Of a DNA stretch of 64,000 nt, positions 27,734-41,105 are shown piece by piece. The translations under genes were made by a program, and so were the position numbers. The notes under the pieces are model-generated. The model was not told the origin of the DNA and searched no databases. It saw only the letters and a program-made list of their open reading frames with translations. This DNA is from Octopus sinensis (lineage: Eukaryota), in the NCBI RefSeq assembly GCF_006345805.1, contig NC_043013.1, positions 46,314,001 through 46,378,000 of the forward strand, read 5' to 3'. The first letter of the stretch is position 1; every line of letters starts with the position of its first letter.

Positions 27734-29228
27734 AATAATAATGTTAAAAATGATGATGATTTCTAACATAAAAGCAAAATACAACAATTATGTGGAGAGC
27801 AGCAGCGTAAGATTAGTGGATAAAAATCTAACTTCATTATATAACTGGTACTTTAGCCCAAAATCATATAAATGCACAGAGGACCTTAATGGAATGAATT
27901 CCAAACACAGAATAACGATAAAAATATATATATATATATAAAAAGATGCTGCTGATAATGATTGTGATGATGATGATGATGATGACAATGATGAAACAAA
28001 TGCACAAAGTCAGTTTAACAGGAGGCAACAATAGGTGTAGATTCATATAGTAAAGAGTGTTGCCTAGCAATAGAGAGAAACAAAGAGGGAGGGTTGCAGT
28101 ATTAGAATCACAGCAGTAGTAACGACATCACAGAGTATGAGAAGATGCAATTGTTGCAGGAGGATGATAACTGTTTCTATCAAATCTATATTATCATGTC
28201 AACATTATCGCTTAGAAATTATATCTATTAACAGGGCTGTACTTTTTGCCGCTGTAGCTGTTGCTCAGTCACCGTTGTGAGCCCCGACTGAGCACACCCA
28301 TCATCAAAAGACGCTCCATCCTATGGAGACGATGTTTTTTTCACCCAAAACATCTAGAACTATATTTCTTACTTTTAGTGGCAGGGAGCGATCTGACTAG
28401 ATCTGACTGCTGTTTCTAGCATGTAGATCTCATGGTGTTGGTTTGTATATATTCTGATTATTGGGAATACTGGTATATTAAAGCAAGGATAGTAAATATA
28501 TATATCTCTAAAAATAGGTGTTAAAAGAGCGAAACCAGATTTTCTAAATGCAAAACAAAATATGAGGAGATATACAACTTTTGACTAACAGAGCATGAAT
28601 TATATATGTATATATATATATATATATATCTCGTTAGATGCGCAGACATAGTTCGGACACTACTAAAGATGATACACTTACACACACACACACATCGCTT
28701 AATAATCGATATATTTTTATATTTTATATATTTTAAATCAATACATTGTGTATATATTTTACACACACACACATATATATACATACACACAGAGGCACTG
28801 CTAAATAATCAATATTTTATATCGATTGTGTGTGTGTGTGTGTAATAATATTGTCTTTTTATATAAAAACAATGATAATTGTAACATAAACTTGAAAAAT
28901 TATTTGAAAAAGAACAAATCAGTTCATAGAAATCTCGGTATATAGCAAAGTAAAGAACTTTAATATTAAGACAAAACCGCAGAGGTCAGCATTTGGTAGA
29001 CGTAAAAGTAAAGTTAAGGTGCCAAGGTGCCGATTCCAAGAACATCTGTACAAGCAATAAAAATGGCCCAATCAATATTCAATTTAATAACAAAAAGAAA
29101 TCAATACATGAGGCAAAATATAATCAAATCAGCACTGTTGTGGCGGTTGTTTAGCCACAGGTCAAAACTGTGACCTAAACATTCCATTTGAGAACAATTA
29201 GTAAGGGACCCTTTATGTAGGTGTTTAA

Positions 29229-29450
29229 CCCTTTTGTTACTGTATTTATTTTGAGATGCTCTGTGTTTCTTTCAATTAATTTTAAATATAACAAAGAATT
29301 TAGTAAAATAACTTAGTTATCATTAAGCTAGTGTTGGGAACATAAATTGGGACTAAGGTTTGGTGGAAGATTTTAATTCAAAACTTGTGAAAACAAGACA
29401 TTTGTACTACAGAGCCAGGGGTGCTTTCAGCCAGGTTGGTAACGGAAGGG
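29229..29450. mobile_element. piggyBac-like MITE, family 1 (opposite orientation)
   Basis: ttaa|ccctttt...gaaggg|ttga; reverse complement of the 606-825 body. Confidence 0.8.
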
Positions 29451-29774
29451 TTGATATACTACATAGAACAGTTAGAACAAAAGAGACAAAATAGAAGATC
29501 AGAGGATTTGGTCAGAAGTGGCTTTTGACACAAAACAACAGCTAGTTTGTGACACCTCTGACTCTATGAGCTAATGCATCCTTCTAATTTTAAGATGGTC
29601 AGGTTTGAAAGGCAAAAGAGATTTGGATGCTTCTTTGCTTTGTAAAATCTATTTTCTGTCCATTAAATATGCAACAATATCATTGTTTTATAAGGAGTAA
29701 GTGGTAAGATACTGGAATGTTGGCATACATAAAATAAAAATTTTAAAAAAATCATGTAATATGTGATATAAAGA

Positions 29775-29968
29775 TATATCTATATCTATCTATATCTATA
29801 TATCTATATATATCTATATATCTATATATCTATCTATATCTATCTATATATATATATCTATATATCTATCTATATATCTATATCTATCTATCTATATATA
29901 TATCTATATCTATCTATATATATATATCTATATCTATCTATCTATATATATCTATCTATCTATCTATC

Positions 29969-30022
<54 letters not shown>
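29775..30022. repeat. Compound (TATC)/(TA)n microsatellite
   Basis: Directly visible. Confidence 0.95.
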
Positions 30023-30025
<3 letters not shown>

Positions 30026-30502
30026 GTTAGCTACACATATATAGTTAACATAAATGATTACACATGCTAACCATGCAAACAGGTATTTTGAATAACCATT
30101 ATGCACAAACACACACACACACACACACCACACACACACACATATATGTAATGACATGACTGTATGTAAATATGACTGTGTGTGTATGCAGGAATTTGAA
30201 TACACAGATACAAACACTTTTACCATTAAACACAAGAGCGTATCTGTGTGAATGAGTGTATACATGTACACCAATTTACATTCTTCTATACGAACGTAAA
30301 TTCATATAATACAGTTTTTTTATACTTTAGTTCATGCAACTACTACCAAAGTTTGCTAATCACTGCATACAAATTCCCAAATACAACTAGAGAGATCTTA
30401 GTATCTATCTACGGGATAAAAACATGTATAGTGTACTCTACAAGACTACAATTGTGTATGTCCTCACTTGGTGCAAGGTCAGCTCAGATTGAGTGGACTT
30501 AA

Positions 30503-30722
30503 CCCTTTGGAGTTTAAACCGGCCATATCAGGCCAAAATTGTCTTCCTGTTTTATGCTCAAACCAACCAGCTCTGACCTCTCACACCTACCCTACAAAGT
30601 CATTCTAAAAATGAACAGGGACATCATCAAAATCCCGGAGTTACAAGACGCTGTACAATTAATTTAAAACCATGTAATTAAAGAGGCTTTACATTTGACA
30701 GAGTAATCTGAATTCTAATGGG
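30503..30722. mobile_element. piggyBac-like MITE, family 2
   Basis: TTAA|CCC...GGG|TTAA; body tttaaaccggccatatc...acatttgacagagtaatctg shared with 42144 and 54240. Confidence 0.75.
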
Positions 30723-30930
30723 TTAATGATTAAGGGTACTACTGTACCTGTAACCAAACCCATCTAATATCTAATCAAAGCATTAACATTGGTCAATGTG
30801 TTTCCTTTATTTAAAAAGGCAAACATTGAACTGAGGGAATTTGCGGCTTTCACTGGCAACTAAAAAGATTGTACAGAAACTCCTTCATCGGTGAACCTTG
30901 GTGTTTAATGCAGAGATGGGAAGCCATGTA

Positions 30931-31162
30931 TATTTCTTTACTGCCCTCAAGGGGCTAAACACAGAGAGAACAAACAAGGACAGACAAAGGAATTAAGTCA
31001 ATTACATCGACCCCAGTGCGAAACTGGTACTTTATTTATCGACCCCGAAAGGATGAAAGGCAAAGTCGACCTCGGCGGAATTTGAACTCAGAACATAACG
31101 GCAGACGAAATACGGCTACGCATTTCGCCCGGCGCGCTAACATTTCTGCCAGCTCGCCGCCT
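30931..31162 (-). mobile_element. Young full-length SINE A
   Basis: Near-consensus copy retaining CpGs. Confidence 0.9.
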
Positions 31163-31426
31163 AATGTATGTGTGTGCTGTACACACACATATAATATATA
31201 CATACACACATATACGCATGTACATTGGTTTATGTTAGAGGAATACATGTTGTAGAGAATGTTTCTTTTTTAATTGAAACTAAGAACTTGGTCTTGTGAC
31301 TTGAGTTTCCTATCCTTGCAATATTCAAGTGAATTCTACACATATATACATACCCTGCTCCCACGTGCAAGTGTATATACACACACACACACACACACAC
31401 ACATATTTACATACATACATGCACAT

Positions 31427-31539
31427 TGCACTTCATATATATTGGTGGTCCCAATGAAGCTGTGAGGCACTACTCAGGCATTCAACTAGGAGAACACAGC
31501 ATCTTGTAGACGAAACAGATGTAACCTTAACGAAGTCCA
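31427..31539 (+). ncRNA. Second, more decayed copy of the 13065 hammerhead family
   Basis: tgcacttcat..ccaatgaagctg..catcttgtagac gaaacagatg ta acct..aacgaagtcca; shared downstream gataatcg..tttgtc. Confidence 0.6.
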
Positions 31540-32180
31540 TAAAGATAATCGCTTATTCTTTTGTCATTTCATTTTCTTATATCTCAACGGATATAGGGCA
31601 GAAGTAACAGTTTAGTCCTACTGTAGACAACTGCACTCTGTACCAGTGGCACAATAAAATGCATCTAATCTGTGCTGTCAAGCTGCTGTTGATAAGAATG
31701 GTATTCAACCATCGACAAAAAAAAAACCCAAAGCATGAAAATAAAAAGTTTGCAGTTATCTCCATCATGGTTCATGTCAAATGCCAAATTTTAGCTTCAG
31801 TTGGTGAGAGCTTTTTAATTAATGTCAGCATGAAAAGATGGATATAAATGATTGTTATGCTGTGTGTTTGTGTGTGTAGTATGTTTTTGTATCGAATTAT
31901 AAAACAAAAAAAAAAACAACAAAAAAAACGATTTTACATAACACTGAATGATAAATCAGTACTTATTAAAGTTTCGGTCTACAAGCCTCCATCAAACTGT
32001 ATATATGTATGCATGTATCTCTTTCTCTTTTCTCTTTTACTTGTTTCAGTCATTTGACTGTGGTCATGCTGGAGCACCGCCTTTAGTGAAGCAAATCGAC
32101 CCCAGGACTTATTCTTTGTAAGCCTTGTACTTATTCTATCAGTCTCTTTTGCCGAACCGCTAAGTGACGCTATGTGTTCA

Positions 32181-32432
32181 TACATCATCATCATCATCGT
32201 CTAACGACCGTTTTCCGTGCTAGCACGGGTTGGACGGTTCAACCGGGTTCTGGGAAGCCAGGAGGCTGCACCAGGCTCCAGTCTGATCTGGCAGTGTTTC
32301 TACAGCTGGATGCCCTTCCTAACGCCAACCACTCTGTGAGTGTAGTGGGTGCTTTTTACGTGCCACCGGCACAGGTGCCAGGGGAGGCTGGCAAACAGCC
32401 ACGATCGGTTGGTGCTTTTTACCCACAACCGG
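32181..32432 (-). mobile_element. SINE family C (V-domain-like, RTE-type tail ending in (ATG)n)
   Basis: ggaagggcatccagctgtagaaac motif and ...acgatgatgatg tail. Confidence 0.8.
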
Positions 32433-32664
32433 CACATACATACATACATATAAATGCAGAGCGAAGGAGAGAGATGTGTAGATAAAGACATTGGCTAAGA
32501 TGTTTGCTTTGGAATAACAAGATTAAAGGCACATTCCCACAGCACAGACATAATTGGCTGGTGTCCTTTATCTTAGCTGTGGATTCATCAATACTTTGTG
32601 AATGAAATTTGGTTCATGGAAACTGGTGAAGTCAGCTGTGTATATGAGTGAATGTGTATGTATG

Positions 32665-32950
32665 TTTATATAGTGAAGGTGTGTGGTGTAGTGGTTTGGG
32701 TACTTAGATCATGATTGCAAGGCCGTGAGTTTGATATCCGGTGAGGTGCTTTGTCCTTGAGCAAGACACTTTATTTTCTTTGTTACAGTCCACTCAGCTG
32801 GCAAAAATGAGTTGAACCCATAATTCAAAGGGCCAGCCTCATGTCTGTGGAATGTTCAGCCACTTGCACCTTAATTCCATGAGTAGGATGTTCTGTTGAT
32901 TTGATCAAACTGGAACACTCATTGTTGGAACTGACGGAGTGCCAGTTTTT
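32665..32950 (+). mobile_element. CORE-like SINE variant
   Basis: ggtgtgtggtgtagtggtt...gagtttgatatcc...ccttgagcaagacactt. Confidence 0.6.
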
Positions 32951-33205
32951 TTTTATGTTTATATATATGTGTGTACCTAAGTGAGTGTGCATTTCCCTTG
33001 TCTTGACATGTGCATCCTGGTTGTATACAAAGGGTCACTGTTGATACAGTGTCATTTGCGTGCAATTGTCCATGAATGCATGTCTGTGCTGTTTGATGCT
33101 TAACAGAGTGGAAGAAATGTTATCACATTTGGACTTGGAAACAGGTGAGGATTCTGGAGAGGAAAAGCACCTGGTTGTAGAAAAAAATATCTGCCTCAAC
33201 AACGT

Positions 33206-33572
33206 TACCTATTTCTTTACTACCCACAAGGGGCTATACACAGAGAGGACAAACAAGGACAGACAAACGGATTAAGTTGATTACATCGACCCCAGTGTGT
33301 AACTGGTACTTATTTAATCAGCCCCGAAAGGATGAAAGGCAAAGTCCACCTCGGCAGAATTTGAACTCAGAATGTAGCGGCAGACGAAATACCAATTTCT
33401 TTACTACCCACAAGGGGCTAAACACAGAGAGGACAAACAAGGACAGACAAATGGATTAAGTTGATTATATCGACCCCAGTGGGTAACTGGTACTTATTTA
33501 ATTGACCCCGAAAGGATGAAAGGCAAAGTCGACCTCGGCGGAAATTGAACTCAGAACGTAACGGCAGACGGA
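33206..33572 (-). mobile_element. SINE A head-to-tail dimer
   Basis: Two ~185 bp units; junction at 33386-33400. Confidence 0.85.
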
Positions 33573-34817
33573 ATAATGTTACCATCTGAACCAGGAAAGC
33601 ATGGAAAGGCAGATGGTAAAATAAATGATGATGATACACACACATTTATATAACACAGTTATATGCATAATGTGTTTGTGCTTTTGTGAGTGTGTGTGTG
33701 TGTGCACGCATGTGTGTGGGTGTATTTCTGTGTATAAATATTTATATACTGTGCACATACACACACACGCCAACTTTTATATGCATAGCCATCTCACAGA
33801 AAATCACCAACAATGTGTGTATGAGACAAGTAATTTTCTGCTTTGAATATAAATGTAAGACTAAAGAGATGAGTAATAATAATGCAGATAAATGTGCAGA
33901 GCCAGCATCCATCCATACATTCAGCTATATGAAGGAGTTTTGATATATGCGTGTATATATATATATATGCATGTATGTGTGTGTGTGAGTGTGTCTGTGT
34001 GCATATTCACTGTCAAGATCATATATGCACACACTCACAAGATATCATGCCTATCAAAATTAATATGCAATAAAAACTAGAAATGGTTGTAAATCAAGTA
34101 AGATCTAAGTACTTTTAAAATTGTAAGCTGATTAACAGAGATGACTCAGATGTGTAAATTATAATTCCCTCAGAACAATGTTTCAGGGATGAACACATTT
34201 GCTAATAGACTGACAATAATAGAGTTAAGTGTTGCCATAAAATATCAACAGTGGCTTATAACACAAAATTCTCAGCTCCCTCAATGTTGATCGTTAGCAA
34301 GTGATTGATGACAGCAAAGCTGTATAGAATATTCTTAAAAGAAAATTGGAGACGGGTGCAACTGCTATATTGATCTCTTCTGACCAAGTACTAAGTACTA
34401 AGCAATTTTTTTTTAAAACACACAAGGACTAAATTTGAATGAATCAAATTTAGTATAAGTGGAGAAATGTGGTTCAGGGTTTCATCCTGTTCTTTGTGCA
34501 CCACCTGGGGCAAATGTGTCCTATCACAGCCTTGGGTTGAAGAATTCAATTGAAAAAGATTTTCGTAGGGAGAAACTGAGTGAAGGCCCATTTGTTTTTG
34601 TAAGTATGCATTTGGCAGTGTTTCTCTGCAATGGTATTGCATCACATGACTTTACAAAATAACCATTCTTTAGAGATCAATGAAAAATAACTCCCAGACT
34701 CATGTAAATACTGGGATCAATATGAATGACTAAACACCAAGTGTACTAGACATGAGTCAATGCCACTTATTAAAATTAGTAAAAGATAAATAGAATATAT
34801 ATATATATATATATATG

Positions 34818-35205
34818 GTGCAGGTGAGGCTGTGTAGTAAGAAGCTGGCTTCCGAACCACATGGTTCAGGGTTCAGTCCTACCGCATGGCACCTTGGGCA
34901 AGTATCTCCTACTACAGACTCAGGCTGACCAAAGCCTTGTGAGTGGTTTGGTAGATGGAAACTGAAAAAAGACCATCGTATATATGTAGGTGTATATTTG
35001 TGCATTTGCGTCTGTGTTTGTCCTCCCCACCCAGCATTGCTTGATAACCGATGGTGTGTCTATGTCCCTGCAACTTAGCAGTTCGACAAAAGTGACCGAT
35101 AGAATAAGTACTAGGCTCACAAAGAATAAGTCCTGGAGATGATTTCTTTGACTAAAACCCTTAAGGTGGTGCTCCAGCATGGCCGCATTCAAATGACCGA
35201 AACAA
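34818..35205 (+). mobile_element. SINE family B
   Basis: ggctgtgtagtaag...ggttcagtcc...caccttgggcaagt; 3' tail ctccagcatggccgca. Confidence 0.85.
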
Positions 35206-35719
35206 ATAAAAAAATATATAAACCATAAAAGGTCAGGAGGTATGAGAGATGAATATACTCATTTAACCACCTCCTGGCTTCTCTGTATTGGATTATTATG
35301 TGGTTTGATAGCCAAATTCATTGGAGGAGCTTTCTGTGGGAGTCACACAATTCTCTGAATCCGTATCTTATACTACAAACATATAAATGTGTGTGTGTGT
35401 GTATGTGTGTGTGTCCGTGTCCTGTATCAGAATCACTTGCTAATTCATATCCTAAGTTGAATACAAAATCCAGAAATATCTGACTTGGATTATAGTGACT
35501 ATACAACATTGAAAGTGGGTACTGTAGCATGGTTACATTCTAATAACTAGAACAAGAGATTAGATGGTCCACGCGTGCAATTAACAACTACCAGTAGCCT
35601 ATTGCTTGGATACTGACCCCACATTCTATATCCTGTGTATTTAGTTCTGATTTTTGAGGGTACCTAAAATACACGATTCATTCAAATATGTGATTTACTT
35701 GTTTGCTCTATTTCTCCAG

Positions 35720-35764
35720 AACTTCATTCTACAAAGTTCTCAACATCTTCCAACAGCTCATCAG
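35720..35764 (+). CDS. Possible 45-nt exon, all three frames open
   Basis: ttgtttgctctatttctccag|...TCAG|gtatgc; length divisible by 3. Confidence 0.3.
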
Positions 35765-35973
35765 GTATGCGAGTAGGTCTTTTGGATTGCCTCCACTTCA
35801 GTAGAGAACTTAAGCCTCAATGTATGGCAACTAGAGTTGGGAGTAATAATCTACACACACACACACACACACATTCGTTTGTTCATTATTTTAATGCCTG
35901 TTTTTGCATGCTGGCAAGGGTTAAACAGATTATATATAAAGAATCTTGTAAACCAGATACAAAAATGGAGCAG

Positions 35974-36021
<48 letters not shown>

Positions 36022-36159
36022 CACACGCTTTATTATTAAAGTGTATATATATATATATATCATCATCATCATCATCATCGTTTAACGATGATGATGATGA
36101 TGATGATGATATATATATATATGTATGTTATATACTTTATTACTAAAGCTGCAAAAACA

Positions 36160-36212
36160 TCACAAAAAACTGGTACTCAGTTTCCCGTTCCCGTTCATCA
36201 AACAGTTGTGAT
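36160..36212 (-). ncRNA. Inverted, decayed partner hammerhead (core UUGAUGA)
   Basis: Minus: AACTGT TTGATGA ACG-GGAA-CGG GAAA CTGAG TA CCAGTT. Confidence 0.55.
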
Positions 36213-36217
36213 TCTTA

Positions 36218-36273
36218 ATCACAATTGTCCGATGAATGGGAACATGAAACTCTGAGTAATAGTTTTTTGTGAT
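36218..36273 (+). ncRNA. Minimal type I hammerhead-like motif (core CCGAUGA)
   Basis: AATTGT CCGATGA ATG-GGAA-CAT GAAA CTC-T-GAG TA^ATAGTT; extension atcacaa/ttgtgat. Confidence 0.7.
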
Positions 36274-36367
36274 GCTTTTGCAGCTTTAATAATAAAGCAT
36301 ATTGCTCTGCCTCTGGCATTTGAGTACTATTTTTTCCTACCTTGTTTCACATTTCTGCGCTTACTCT

Positions 36368-36423
<56 letters not shown>

Positions 36424-36845
36424 TATATAAGTACACACATCTATAAGTAGCTCTAGTCTAATCACATGCTAGCTTATTTTATATACAAATAACCATCAAT
36501 AGAAAGATACAGGTTGTAAAGCAAATCTCAATTGTCAACAATCAGTGAACCTAACCCTTGTCTTAGAAAATAAGGCTTGACAGCAAAGCAACATTGTTTT
36601 AATTAGAGATAAAATTATGTTTAATTAGTAAATTACAGTTATATATCTGTCAAATTCCCTTATTAGTATTGAGGCTGTTGATAAAAACTGACACACCCAC
36701 AAGTATGAAAAGAGATACTGTAAATAAATATATAAAGGTGAGAGAGCGAACTGACAACATTCAATCACAGTTGACCTGATAAGTGAAAATCAATTGACTT
36801 TGCTGACCTATTTGTTATGAAGCTTTTTTTTTTTCTTTTTTACAG

Positions 36846-36922
36846 AGAATAGGATTACATCTGGACTCTGCACTCTATTTCTCAACAGACTGAAGATCGG
36901 AGATGTGTTCCTCCACGAGTAA
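36846..36922 (+). CDS. Possible exon ((E)NRITSGLCTLFLNRLKIGDVFLHE*, or donor at 36919)
   Basis: Very strong acceptor ttttttcttttttacag|; locally higher-complexity sequence. Confidence 0.25.
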
Positions 36923-37329
36923 TTCCTTGACAACATTAGAGATATTTCGATTATGGGGCAGAACGTGGAAAACACTGAAGATTAATATTCCACGAGAAGA
37001 AGACATCTTCTTCTTGTAGAATCGAAGACAGAAAGATAATATTGGTATTGATATTTGGTTAAAATGACATTTTCAGAAGGGGACAGATCCAACGGTTACT
37101 ACTTAACATTTTAGATAAGAACCTTGAATGTAGAGCACTGGAGTGAGCATATGCCTTGCAGCATTTAACTATGTCCTTTACATTCTGAGATCAAATCTCA
37201 TTCAGAACAAATTTGTTTTTTATCCTCCTGGGGTCAATAAAATAAGTACAAGCCAAGCAGTGTTCCTTATTGACCAAGGTGGATATAGTTTATGGTTCTC
37301 TTTCGCAAAATGCATAGCTTGGTGACATT

Positions 37330-37775
37330 CTTTTACTTTTGTTTCAGTCATTAGACTGTGGCCATACTGGAGCACTGCATAAAGAATATTTTTAGTCAAA
37401 TAGGTTGCCCCCGCCCCCAGTACTTTATTTCTTTTTAAAGCCTATTACTTATTACTTATTCTATTGGTTCCTATTGTTGAACTGATAAGTCTTGGGAATG
37501 TAACACACATCAACACTGGTTATCAATTGGTGGGGGTGGGGCACAGACAAACACACACATAAAATTAATATAAACGGTTAGGTGCAATGTGATATATACA
37601 TACACACACACACACACACACACACAGAATGGCCTTCTTTCAGTTTCTGTCCAGCAAATCCACTCACAAGGCTTTGGTCAACCCAAGACTATAGTAGAAG
37701 ACACTTGCCCAAGGTGTCACGCAGTAGGATTGAACCTGGAACCATGTGGTCAAGAAGTAAACTTCTTACCCCTCA
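37330..37775 (-). mobile_element. SINE family B (degraded)
   Basis: Homologous to 12647-13031. Confidence 0.8.
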
Positions 37776-38869
37776 GTCCATATCATGTCAATCTAGGTGG
37801 AATGTGATACTGTAGTTTACTTAAAGTTTAAGGTGTAGTACTAACGAAGAATATTCAGCTGTGAAACATTTGCTCCAATTAAACATGGGTTTATGAAACC
37901 AGTTAAGCAGTAATGGCACAAACATGTACAAACAATATATGTATTTGAGAAAGTTAATAGGTAGGCCAAACACTTCTAATGACTTGGTGGTTTTAGGTCT
38001 TTTGTCTAAAATAAACTAGTGGGAGTGTTTGTTCTTGTTATTAGAACAAAGTTATCAGTGTCTGTCATAAATAAAGGGAAAAGTGTTACATTATCAGTAA
38101 GACTTCATTTTTACCAATCACCTAAAAAAAAAAAAAAAGTCAATGTTTTCAAAGTGTTTCACTTACATCAAAGATAAGAGTGTTTTTGTAGGGTATCTTT
38201 TGATATCTATTCCAACCCATACCATCTACTTTTCATATTTTGACCGCTAAACACAGAAACTGGAATAAATAATGATAAACCATTTTCTATTCCACCTAAA
38301 AGTATGTTAAGAGTTCCTAAGAAGGTAATTGTTCAAATCCAATTACTGATTTTTTTGGTGTATAGGACACTTTTTCATTTTTAACCCATAATTTGATGTC
38401 AAAATCTGCTTGTGTTCTCTATACTAAAGGTATGAAAAATATGCATCTACATGTATATGATGATATACACTAGCCATGTGTAAATATCAAATAAAAAAGC
38501 ATAGTACAATTCATTTGAATGTGTTGTCTATAACAATAGATTACTATTGTTATAAACGTAACTCTTTATAATGCTCCCTAAATAATAGAAAAATAAAATC
38601 TAGCAATGGATGAGAGTGAATGAGCTAGCAACTACGCAACAATTGCTGCTTGATGCAGAATAGAATAAAGCAGTTTTTGTTACTGAAGAATTTCAGGCCT
38701 GACATTTTTTAACAATATAAAATGGTTTTAGGGTCGTTACACAGAATTTCAAATGTCAGAATTTCAAATGTACAATGCAGATGACCAGTCAAAGTACTTA
38801 ATGCAATTAGTGTTGGCCGTCACCTGATAAGTTTTTCAATTTTTATTGGTCACTTGACAGTCTGGCATG

Positions 38870-40318
38870 TGCTTACCATCAAGCTTGATGCATAACCCAA
38901 AAGACAAAGTACTCTATTTTGCGTGTAGGGAGCCAAATAGTTATATTATTTCATTATCTCATTATTGAAGGAAAGAAACCGTCATCCACAGCTAAATTCA
39001 AGTGTGATAAGTTATAGTACAAAAGATATGGAAACAGAGCTTCCAAAAGACATTTTGGTACCCCACCAACAGAATAAAATGATTCATTGTTGGCTCAAAC
39101 AAGAAATAGAACTGAAAATGATTAAAATGCAAATTCTGGAGAGAGAAAAAACCCATCTTAAGTTTGTTTCTACAAACATATTTTGAAGTAAAGAAGATTC
39201 CATGTGATAACAACTTGGGAGATTTTACAGACCATGTATCATGGTGTAATTAGTTCATGAAACACAAGACAAATCTACAAGAATCAAAATGAAAACTGCA
39301 CAAAGAAAATCCAATGAGTTTGCAAAGAAAATTTGTGTTTTTCACAAGAATGTTATACAGTTACGAAAAGGAGTTTCATTTCAATTGTCTCAAGTCGTAA
39401 ACATGGATGAAACTCTGTTAACATTTGATGTTCCAAGCAATGGAACAACTTATATAAACGGTATTAAAACTATTACTATGAAAACTACAGGAATGTCACA
39501 TTATACAGTGATGCTAATATGTTGTGTGGATGGAAAAAAATTATCATCAATGTTAATTTTTAAACAGAAAGCAATGCCTAAACAAAATGGACCTAGTGGT
39601 GCCTCTGTCCATATTCATAAAAAAAAAGAATGGCTGAATATTTCTTTGGTTTGAGAAAGTTTGGTCAAAACATCCAGATGGTTTATCAAAAGAGCCTTCT
39701 CTTTTCATCTGGGATTACTTCAGAGCTCATAAAATAGTAAAAAAAAAAAAAGCTGATGAATTTATAACACTACAGGCTATTATATGCAGTGGTTTAACAA
39801 AGTCACCTGCAACCACTTGATGCTTCTATATACAAACACCTTGAGACTTTAATGAGAGAGGAATGGAACAGGATGCAGCTGGAATATTTAGCTATGACCC
39901 CTATCGGGTCAGTTGTGTATATGGATGAAGAATTTCTGGGGTAAAATAAGTCAGTTAAGAAATATGGTATCAGTTATGCTGTGGAAATGACCAACGGTGA
40001 CATTTTTTTCTTATCATGATATTGGATTCAATGATTAAAATGTTGGATTCTTTTACAGGGGAAAGTAGAAGCAATGAGGATCTGGTAGGTTTTAAACCAG
40101 AGCAATTTCTTATTTCGATATTTTGAGTACTTTTGTGTTTAGAACAATATATACTCTCTTTTAAACTTTCAGATGGAATTTTTTTAAAGAAAAATCTTTC
40201 AGATATGACTATAGCTCCCCACCAAAAAACAAAAAAAAAACAAAACAAAACTTTATCTTCAATATAAGGAAGCATCTTATATATATACTGAGTGTCTTAA
40301 ATTCTGAAAAATATGTTA
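38870..40318 (+). pseudogene. Degenerate pogo-like DDE_1 transposase / DNA transposon
   Basis: VNMDETLLTFDVPSN..KTTG..YTVMLICCVDGKKL..IFK; EKVWSKHPDG..FIWDYFRAHK; LQPLDASI..LMREEW; frameshifted; element ends uncertain. Confidence 0.85.
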
Positions 40319-41061
40319 ATAAACTCTCTTGGATTCCATTAATTCAAAACTAAGTTTTCTTCTTATTTCCACACACCAAGTTATCTGAAGAATTTCAATA
40401 AAACCTTCAACATTCCATTTCCATTGGAATCTATGTTAACAATAGTTGCACTAACATTACAAAAATATATTCTTCTGCAGCCATGTTAACCATGGCTTAT
40501 TATAGAATATAATGTAATGTGCTTTAAATATTTCCTATGTAACATCAAAGCCCGATATTTAATTTTCTCATTGGATAAATTATTCAACATCATTGAACTG
40601 AAGTTCTGAAACACCTATTTTACACAAGTTCTTTTATGGTGCTGTTTTTAAAATTTATTAATACTATATTTACAAATAACTATCATATAATATATTATTG
40701 TTAATTTTCTAACTTAATATTAGATTTAAAACTGTGTGTAAATAAAACACCTTAGCAACAGTTAAATATTAATTTGCACACATATTTTTTTTATGGTTGT
40801 TAATGTACAAAAACTAAGAATTAGAACATCAATTGAAAAAAAAAAAAAAGGCATTAAAATATTTACAACATAAAAATGGTAACCAATTCTATTGTTTTCC
40901 CAGTTTTCATTAGAAAAAGTGGATTAAGTTTTGATAATCAGCTCATTTATGGTAGCAATAATATTGCGTAAAACATGCAAGATCTGATTAATACACACTC
41001 ACACACAAAGCAAACAAACATACATATGTATATATACATGTACACAATAAATATATAAATG

Positions 41062-41105
<44 letters not shown>

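Noticed and set aside
35700-35770. Minus-strand CTGATGA...GAAA hammerhead candidate
   Set aside because: No stem II closing pair and no stem III/NUH.
36846-36918. GLCTLFLNRLKIGD resembling the NOS/P450-reductase FAD region
   Set aside because: The expected downstream FxLP...GPGTG motifs are absent; similarity is too short to name a gene.
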